From assembly GCF_009914755.1 (NCBI RefSeq), contig NC_060926.1: a stretch of DNA of 64,000 nucleotides, one strand, 5' to 3'. Position numbers and translations under genes: made by a program. The DNA comes from the human T2T-CHM13v2.0 reference genome, Homo sapiens. The notes under the pieces were generated by a model, which had not been told where the DNA came from, did no database searches, and saw only the letters and a program-made list of their open reading frames with translations. Shown here in pieces: positions 55,201 through 64,000 of this stretch (position 1 is the stretch's first letter; each line of letters starts with the position of its first letter).

Positions 55201-58200
55201 TCTAGCTTTGAGGATTTCGTTGGAAACGGGATTACATATAAAAAGCAGACAGCAGCATTCCCAGAATCTTCTTTGTGATGTTTGCATTCAAGTCACAGAG
55301 TTGAACATTCCCTTTCATAGAGCAGGTTTCAAACACTCTTTTTGTAGTATCTGGATGTGGACATTTGGAACGCTTTCAGGCCTATGGTGAAAAAGGAAAT
55401 ATCTTCCCCTGAAAACTAGACAGAAGCATTCTCAGAATCTTATTTGTGATGTGCGCCCTCAACTAACAGTGTTGAAGCTTTCTTTTGATAGAGCAGTTTT
55501 GAAACACTCTTTTTGTAAAATCTGCAAGAGGATATTTGGATAGCTTTGAGGATTTCGTTGGAAACGGGATTGTCTTCATATAAACTCTAGACAGAAGCAT
55601 TCTCAGAAGCTTCATTGGGATGTTTCAATTGAAGTCACAGTGTTGAACAGTCCCTTTCATAGAGCAGGTTTGAAACACTCTTTTTGTAGTATCTGGAAGT
55701 GGACATTTGGAACGCTCTCAGGACTGCGGTGAAAAAGGAAATATCTTCCAATAAAAGCTAGATAGAAGCAATGTCAGAAACTTTTTCATGATGTATCTAC
55801 TCAGCTAACAGAGTTGAACCTTTCTTTTGAGAGAGCAGTTTTGAAACACTCGTTTTGTGGAATCTGCAAGTGGATATTTGTCTACCTTTGAGGATTTCGT
55901 TGGAAACGGGATTACATATAAAAAGCAGACAGCAGCATTCCCAGAAACTTCTTTGTGATGTTTGCATTCAAGTCACAGAGTTGAACATTCCCTTTCATAG
56001 AGCAGGTTTGAAACACTCTTTTTGTAGTATCTGGATGTGGACATTTGCAGCGCTTTCAGGCCTAAGGTGAAAAAGGAAATATCTTCCCCTGAAAACTAGA
56101 CAGAAGCATTCTCAGAAACTTATTTGTGATGTGCGCCTTCAACTAACAGTGTTGAAGCATTCTTTTGATAGAGCAGTTTTGAAACACTCTTTTTGTGGAA
56201 TCTGCAAGTGGATATTTGTCTAGCTTTGAGGATTTCGTTGGAAACGGGATTACATATAAAAAGCAGACAGCAGCATTCCCAGAAACTTCTTTGTGATGTT
56301 TGCATTCAAGTCACAGAGTTGAACATTCCCTTTCAGAGAGCAGGTTTGAAACACTCTTTTTGTAGTATCTGGATGTGGACATTTGGAGCGCTTTCAGGCC
56401 TATGGTGAAAAAGGAAATATCTTCCCCTGAAAACTAGACAGAAGCATTCTCAGAATCTTATTTGTGATGTGCGCCCTCAACTAACAGTGTTGAAGCTTTC
56501 TTTTGATAGAGCAGTTTTGAAACACTCTTTTTGTAAAATCTGCAAGAGGATATTTGGATAGCTTTGAGGATTTCGTTGGAAACGGGATTGTCTTCATATA
56601 AACTCTAGACAGAAGCATTCTCAGAAGCTTCATTGGGATGTTTCAATTGAAGTCACAGTGTTGAACAGTCCCTTTCATAGAGCAGGTTTGAAACACACTT
56701 TTTGTAGTATCTGGAAGTGGACATTTGGAGCGCTCTCAGGACTACGGTGAAAAAGGAACTATCTTCCAATAAAAGCTAGATAGAAGCAATGTCAGAAACT
56801 TTTTCATGATGTATCTACTCAGCTAACAGAGTTGAACCTTCCTTTGAGAGAGCAGTTTTGAAACACTCTTTTTGTGGAATCTGCAAGTGGATATTTGTCT
56901 AGCTTTGAGGATTTCGTTGGAAACGGGATTACATATAAAAAGCAGACAGCAGCATTCCCAGAAACTTCTTTGTGATGTTTGCATTCAAGTCACAGAGTTG
57001 AACATTCCCTTTCATAGAGCAGGTTTGAAACACTCTTTTTGTAGTATCTGGATGTGGACATTTGCAGCGCTTTCAGGCCTAAGGTGAAAAAGGAAATATC
57101 TTCCCCTGAAAACTAGACAGAAGCATTCTCAGAAACTTATTTGTGATGTGCGCCCTCAACTAACAATGTTGAAGCTTTCTTTTGATAGAGCAGTTTTGAA
57201 ACACTCTTTTTGTAATATCTGCAAGAGGATATTTGGATAGCTTTGAGGATTTCGTTGGAAACGGGATTGTCTTCATATAAACTCTAGACAGAAGCATTCT
57301 CAGAAGCTTCATTGGGATGTTTCAATTGAAGTCACAGTGTTGAACAGTTCCTTTCATAGAACAGGTTTGAAACACTCTTTTTGTAGTATCTGGAAGTGGA
57401 CATTTGGAGCGCTCTCAGGACTACGGTGAAAATGGAAATATCTTCCAATAAAAGCTACATAGAAGCAATGTCAGAAACTTTTTCATGATGTATCTACTCA
57501 GCTAACAGAGTTGAACCTTTCCTTTGAGAGAGCAGTTTTGAAACACTCTTTTTGTGGAATCTGCAAGTGGATATTTGTCTAGCTTTGAGGATTTCGTTGG
57601 AAACGGGATTACATATAAAAAGCAGACAGCAGCATTCCCAGAATCTTCTTTGTGATGTTTGCATTCAAGTCACAGAGTTGAACATTCCCTTTCATAGAGC
57701 AGGTTTGAAACACTCTTTTTGTAGTATCTGGATGTGGACATTTGGAGCGCTTTCAGGCCTATGGTGAAAAAGGAAATATCTTCCCCTGAAAACTAGACAG
57801 AAGCATTCTCAGAATCTTATTTGTGATGTGCGCCCTCAACTAACAGTGTTGAAGCTTTCTTTTGATAGAGCAGTTTTGAAACACTCTTTTTGTAAAATCT
57901 GCAAGAGGATATTTGGATAGCTTTGAGGATTTCGTTGGAAACGGGATTGTCTTCATATAAACTCTAGACAGAAGCATTCTCAGAAGCTTCATTGGGATGT
58001 TTCAATTGAAGTCACAGTGTTGAACAGTCCCTTTCATAGAGCAGGTTTGAAACACTCTTTTTGTAGTATCTGGAAGTGGACATTTGGAACGCTCTCAGGA
58101 CTGCGGTGAAAAAGGAAATATCTTCCAATAAAAGCTAGATAGAAGCAATGTCAGAAACTTTTTCATGATGTATCTACTCAGCTAACAGAGTTGAACCTTT

Positions 58201-61200
58201 CTTTTGAGAGAGCAGTTTTGAAACACTCTTTTTGTGGAATCTGCAAGTGGATATTTGTCTAGCTTTGAGGATTTCGTTGGAAACGGGATTACATATAAAA
58301 AGCAGACAGCAGCATTCCCAGTAACTTCTTTGTGATGTTTGCATTCAAGTCACAGAGTTGAACATTCCCTTTCATAGAGCAGGTTTGAAACACTTTTTTT
58401 GTAGTATCTGGATGTGGACATTTGGAGCGCTTTCAGGCCTATGGTGAAAAAGGAAATATCTTCCAATAAAAGCTACATAAAAGCAATGTCAGAAACTTTT
58501 TCATGATGTATCTACTCAGCTAACAGAGTTGAACCTTTCTTTTGAGAGAGCAGTTTTGAAACACTCTTTTTGTGGAATCTGGAAGTGGATATTTGTCTAG
58601 CTTTGAGGATTTCGTTGGAAACGGGATTACATATAAAAAGCAGACAGCAGCATTCCCAGTAACTTCTTTGTGATGTTTGCATTCAAGTCACAGAGTTGAA
58701 CATTCCCTTTCATAGAGCAGGTTTGAAACACTCTTTTTGTAGTATCTGGATGTGGACATTTGGAGCGCTTTCAGGCCTATTGTGAAAAAGGAAATATCTT
58801 CCCCTGAAAACTAGACAGAAGAATTCTCAGAATCTTATTTGTGATGTGCGCCCTCAACTAACAGTGTTGAAGCTTTCTTTTGATAGAGCAGTTTTGAAAC
58901 ACTCTTTTTGTAAAATCTGCAAGAGGATATTTGGATAGCTTTGAGGATTTCGTTGGAAACGGGATTGTTTTCATATAAACTCTACACAGAAGCATTCTCA
59001 GAAGCGTCATTGGGATGTTTCAATTGAAGTCACAGTGTTGAACAGTCCCTTTCATAGAGCAGGTTTGAAACACTCTTTTTGTAGTATCTGGATGTGGACA
59101 TTTGGAGCGCTTTCAGGCCTATGGTGAAAAAGGAAATATCTTCCCCTGAAAACTAGACAGAAGCATTCTCAGAATCTTATTTGTGATGTGCGCCCTCAAC
59201 TAACAGTGTTGAAGCTTTCTTTTGATAGAGCAGTTTTGAAACACTCTTTTTGTAAAATCTGCAAGAGGATATTTGGATAGCTTTGAGGATTTCGTTGGAA
59301 ACGGGATTGTCTTCATATAAACTCTAGACAGAAGCATTCTCAGAAGCTTCATTGGGATGTTTCAATTGAAGTCACAGTGTTGAACAGTCCCTTTCATAGA
59401 GCAGGTTTGAAACACTCTTTTTGTAGTATCTGGAAGTGGACATTTGGAGCGCTCTCAGGACTGCGGTGAAAAAGGAACTATCTTCCAATAAAAGCTAGAT
59501 AGAAGCAATGTCAGAAACTTTTTCATGATGTATCTACTCAGCTAACAGAGTTGAACCTTCCTTTGAGAGAGCAGTTTTGAAACACTCTTTTTGTGGAATC
59601 TGCAAGTGGATATTTGTCTAGCTTTGAGGATTTCGTTGGAAACGGGATTGTCTTCATATAAACTCTAGACAGAAGCATTCTCAGAAGCTTCATTGGGATG
59701 TTTCAATTGAAGTCACAGTGTTGAACAGTTCCTTTCATAGAACAGGTTTGAAACACTCTTTTTGTAGTATCTGGAAGTGGACATTTGGAGCGCTCTCAGG
59801 ACTACGGTGAAAAAGGAAATATCTTCCAATAAAAGCTACATAGAAGCAATGTCAGAAACTTTTTCATCATGTATCTACTCAGCTAACAGAGTTGAACCTT
59901 TCCTTTGAGAGAGCAGTTTTGAAACACTCTTTTTGTGGAATCTGCAAGTGGATATTTGTCTAGCTTTGAGGATTTCGTTGGAAACGGGATTACATATAAA
60001 AAGCAGACAGCAGCATTCCCAGAATCTTCTTTGTGATGTTTGCATTCAAGTCACAGAGTTGAACATTCCCTTTCATAGAGCAGGTTTGAAACACTCTTTT
60101 TGTAGTATCTGGATGTGGACATTTGGAGCGCTTTCAGGCCTATGGTGAAAAAGGAAATATCTTCCCCTGAAAACTAGACAGAAGCATTCTCAGAATCTTA
60201 TTTGTGATGTGCGCCCTCAACTAACAGTGTTGAAGCTTTCTTTTGATAGAGCAGTTTTGAAACACTCTTTTTGTAAAATCTGCAAGAGGATATTTGGATA
60301 GCTTTGAGGATTTCGTTGGAAACGGGATTGTCTTCATATAAACTCTAGACAGAAGCATTCTCAGAAGCTTCATTGGGATGTTTCAATTGAAGTCACAGTG
60401 TTGAACAGTCCCTTTCATAGAGCAGGTTTGAAACACTCTTTTTGTAGTATCTGGAAGTGGACATTTGGAACGCTCTCAGGACTGCGGTGAAAAAGGAAAT
60501 ATCTTCCAATAAAAGCTAGATAGAAGCAATGTCAGAAACTTTTTCATGATGTATCTACTCAGCTAACAGAGTTGAACCTTTCTTTTGAGAGAGCAGTTTT
60601 GAAACACTCTTTTTGTAAAATCTGCAAGAGGATATTTGGATAGCTTTGAGGATTTCGTAGGAAACGGGATTGTCTTCATATAAACTCTAGACAGAAGCAT
60701 TCTCAGAAGCGTCATTGGGATGTTTCAATTGAAGTCACAGTGTTGAACAGTCCCTTTCATAGAGCAGGTTTGAAACACTCTTTTTGTAGTATCTGGATGT
60801 GGACATTTGGAGCGCTTTCAGGCCTATGGTTTAAAAGGAAATATCTTCCCCTGAAAACTAGACAGAAGCATTCTCAGAAACTTATTTGTGATGTGCGCCC
60901 TCAACTAACAGTGTTGAAGCTTTCTTTTGATAGAGCAGTTTTGAAACACTCTTTTTGTAAAATCTGCAAGAGGATATTTGGATAGCTTTGAGGATTTCGT
61001 TGGAAACGGGATTGTCTTCATATAAACTCTAGACAGAAGCATTCTCAGAAGCTTCATTGGGATGTTTCAATTGAAGTCACAGTGTTGAACAGTCCCTTTC
61101 ATAGAGCAGGTTTGAAACACTCTTTTTGTAGTATCTGGAAGTGGACATTTGGAGCGCTCTCAGGACTGCGGTGAAAAAGGAACTATCTTCCAATAAAAGC

Positions 61201-62938
61201 TAGATAGAAGCAATGTCAGAAACTTTTTCATGATGTATCTACTCAGCTAACAGAGTTGAACCTTCCTTTGAGAGAGCAGTTTTGAAACACTCTTTTTGTG
61301 GAATCTGCAAGTGGATATTTGTCTAGCTTTGAGGATTTCGTTGGAAACGGGATTACATATAAAAAGCAGACAGCAGCATTCCCAGAAACTTCTTTGTGAT
61401 GTTTGCATTCAAGTCACAGAGTTGAACATTCCCTTTCATAGAGCAGGTTTGAAACACTCTTTTTGTAGTATCTGGATGTGGACATTTGCAGCGCTTTCAG
61501 GCCTAAGGTGAAAAAGGAAATATCTTCCCCTGAAAACTAGACAGAAGCATTCTCAGAAACTTATTTGTGATGTGCGCCCTCAACTAACAGTGTTGAAGCT
61601 TTCTTTTGATAGAGCAGTTTTGAAACACTCTTTTTGTAATATCTGCAAGAGGATATTTGGATAGCTTTGAGGATTTCGTTGGAAACGGGATTGTCTTCAT
61701 ATAAACTCTAGACAGAAGCATTCTCAGAAGCTTCATTGGGATGTTTCAATTGAAGTCACAGTGTTGAACAGTTCCTTTCATAGAACAGGTTTGAAACACT
61801 CTTTTTGTAGTATCTGGAAGTGGACATTTGGAGCGCTCTCAGGACTACGGTGAAAATGGAAATATCTTACAATAAAAGCTACATAGAAGCAATGTCAGAA
61901 ACTTTTTCATGATGTATCTACTCAGCTAACAGAGTTGAACCTTTCCTTTGAGAGAGCAGTTTTGAAACACTCTTTTTGTGGAATCTGCAAGTGGATATTT
62001 GTCTAGCTTTGAGGATTTCGTTGGAAACGGGATTACATATAAAAAGCAGACAGCAGCATTCCCAGAATCTTCTTTGTGATGTTTGCATTCAAGTCACAGA
62101 GTTGAACATTCCCTTTCATAGAGCAGGTTTCAAACACTCTTTTTGTAGTATCTGGATGTGGACATTTGGAACGCTTTCAGGCCTATGGTGAAAAAGGAAA
62201 TATCTTCCCCTGAAAACTAGACAGAAGCATTCTCAGAATCTTATTTGTGATGTGCGCCCTCAACTAACAGTGTTGAAGCTTTCTTTTGATAGAGCAGTTT
62301 TGAAACACTCTTTTTGTAAAATCTGCAAGAGGATATTTGGATAGCTTTGAGGATTTCGTTGGAAACGGGATTGTCTTCATATAAACTCTAGACAGAAGCA
62401 TTCTCAGAAGCTTCATTGGGATGTTTCAATTGAAGTCACAGTGTTGAACAGTCCCTTTCATAGAGCAGGTTTGAAACACTCTTTTTGTAGTATCTGGAAG
62501 TGGACATTTGGAACGCTCTCAGGACTGCGGTGAAAAAGGAAATATCTTCCAATAAAAGCTAGATAGAAGCAATGTCAGAAACTTTTTCATGATGTATCTA
62601 CTCAGCTAACAGAGTTGAACCTTTCTTTTGAGAGAGCAGTTTTGAAACACTCGTTTTGTGGAATCTGCAAGTGGATATTTGTCTACCTTTGAGGATTTCG
62701 TTGGAAACGGGATTACATATAAAAAGCAGACAGCAGCATTCCCAGAAACTTCTTTGTGATGTTTGCATTCAAGTCACAGAGTTGAACATTCCCTTTCATA
62801 GAGCAGGTTTGAAACACTCTTTTTGTAGTATCTGGATGTGGACATTTGCAGCGCTTTCAGGCCTAAGGTGAAAAAGGAAATATCTTCCCCTGAAAACTAG
62901 ACAGAAGCATTCTCAGAAACTTATTTGTGATGTGCGCC
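49270..62938 (+). repeat. Tandem duplication with period 6,801 bp (40 monomers), two copies
   Basis: ORF starts recur at +6801 (50071/56872, 53132/59933, 53939/60740, 55855/62656). Rare variants are shared at the same offset: AACACACTT, AACAATGTT, GATTGTTTT, CATCATG, TTCGTAGG, ATCTTACAAT, and EcoRI at 52020/58821. Confidence 0.93.
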
Positions 62939-64000
62939 CTCAACTAACAGTGTTGAAGCTTTCTTTTGATAGAGCAGATATGAAACACTCTTTTTGTAAT
63001 ATCTGCAAGAGGATATTTGGATAGCTTTGAGGATTTCGTTGGAAACGGGATTGTCTTCATATAAACTCTAGACAGAAGCATTCTCAGAAGCTTCATTGGG
63101 ATGTTTCAATTGAAGTCACAGTGTTGAACAGTCCCTTTCATAGAGCAGGTTTGAAACACTCTTTTTGTAGTATCTGGAAGTGGACATTTGGAACGCTCTC
63201 AGGACTGCGGTGAAAAAGGAAATATCTTCCAATAAAAGCTAGATAGAAGCAATGTCAGAAACTTTTTCATGATGTATCTACTCAGCTAACAGAGTTGAAC
63301 CTTTCTTTTGAGAGAGCAGTTTTGTAACACTCTTTTTGTGGAATCTGCAAGTGGATATTTGTCTAGATTTGAGGATTTCGTTGGAAACGGGATTACATAT
63401 AAAAAGCAGACAGCAGCATTCCCAGTAACTTCTTTGTGATGTTTGCATTCAAGTCACAGAGTTGAACATTCCCTTTCATAGAGCAGGTTTGAAACACTTT
63501 TTTTGTAGTATCTGGATGTGGACATTTGGAGCGCTTTCAGGCCTATGGTGAAAAAGGAAATATCTTCCAATAAAAGCTACATAAAAGCAATGTCAGAAAC
63601 TTTTTCATGATGTATCTACTCAGCTAACAGAGTTGAACCTTTCTTTTGAGAGAGCAGTTTTGAAACACTCTTTTTGTGGAATCTGGAAGTGGATATTTGT
63701 CTAGTTTTGAGGATTTTGTTGGAAACGGGATTACATATAAAAAGCAGACAGCAGCATTCCCAGTATCTTCCTTGTGATGTTTGCATTCAAGTCACAGAGT
63801 TGAACATTCCCTTTCATAGAGCAGGTTTGAAACACTCTTTTTGTAGTATCTGGATGTGGACATTTGGAGCGCTTTCAGGCCTATTGTGAAAAAGGAAATA
63901 TCTTCCCCTGAAAACTAGACAGAAGAATTCTCAGAATCTTATTTGTGATGTGCGCCCTCAACTAACAGTGTTGAAGCTTTCTTTTGATAGAGCAGTTTTG

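Larger units (their letters stand above)
1..64000 (+). repeat. Centromeric alpha-satellite HOR array (dimeric A/B organisation, 4-mer 680-bp HOR), most likely human chromosome 2 D2Z1 (SF2)
   Basis: Continuous ~170-bp monomers with alphoid motifs (GAAACACTCTTTTTGT, CAGAAGCATTCTCAGAAAC). CENP-B box TTTCGTTGGAAACGGGA every ~340 bp. XbaI TCTAGA at 680-bp spacing (6320, 7000, 7680). A 680-bp XbaI 4-mer is the described D2Z1 organisation. Alpha-satellite identity is near certain; the chromosome assignment is from recall (about 0.8). Confidence 0.97.

Noticed and set aside
597-63889. About 100 short ORFs (60-81 aa) on both strands
   Set aside because: They are translations of the satellite recurring with the repeat period. 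Many use GTG/TTG starts, there is no gene context, and their presence depends on single stop-removing variants.
1-64000. CRISPR-like array (conserved motif at regular spacing)
   Set aside because: The intervening sequences are themselves repeats rather than unique spacers, the period is 170/340 bp, and there are no cas genes.
1-64000. Alu/L1/ERV insertion or inversion inside the array
   Set aside because: No non-alphoid segment, poly-A tail or strand switch was seen; CENP-B boxes stay on the + strand throughout.
1-64000. Assignment to the related SF2 arrays of chromosomes 18 or 20
   Set aside because: Those arrays have longer HORs, while the base period here is a 4-mer with XbaI every 680 bp. 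They are not formally excluded without an alignment to reference HOR consensus sequences.
1-64000. A previously undescribed gene-based biological system
   Set aside because: Nothing in the window lies outside a well-known satellite family; the only novelty is in array micro-evolution.

Overview
The whole 64 kb window is a single, uninterrupted, same-orientation array of primate (very probably human) centromeric alpha-satellite DNA. About 170-bp monomers alternate strictly between CENP-B-box (B) and pJalpha-box (A) types and form a 680-bp 4-mer higher-order repeat (HOR) with one XbaI site per unit. This best matches the SF2 live array of chromosome 2 (D2Z1), an assignment made from recall and not from a database search. 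I found no genes, RNA genes, transposon insertions, inversions or CRISPR arrays; all ORFs are repeat artefacts. I found no new biological system. What merits a second look is the array's internal evolutionary record: many hybrid monomers, a near-identical 6,801-bp tandem duplication, recurring 14-mer/18-mer super-units, dispersed multi-kb copies, short gene-conversion-like tracts, a mutation cluster at a duplication junction, an amplified GA>TT tandem mutation in the pJalpha box, and a haplotype shift along the window. All comparisons were made by eye, so variant lists may be incomplete.
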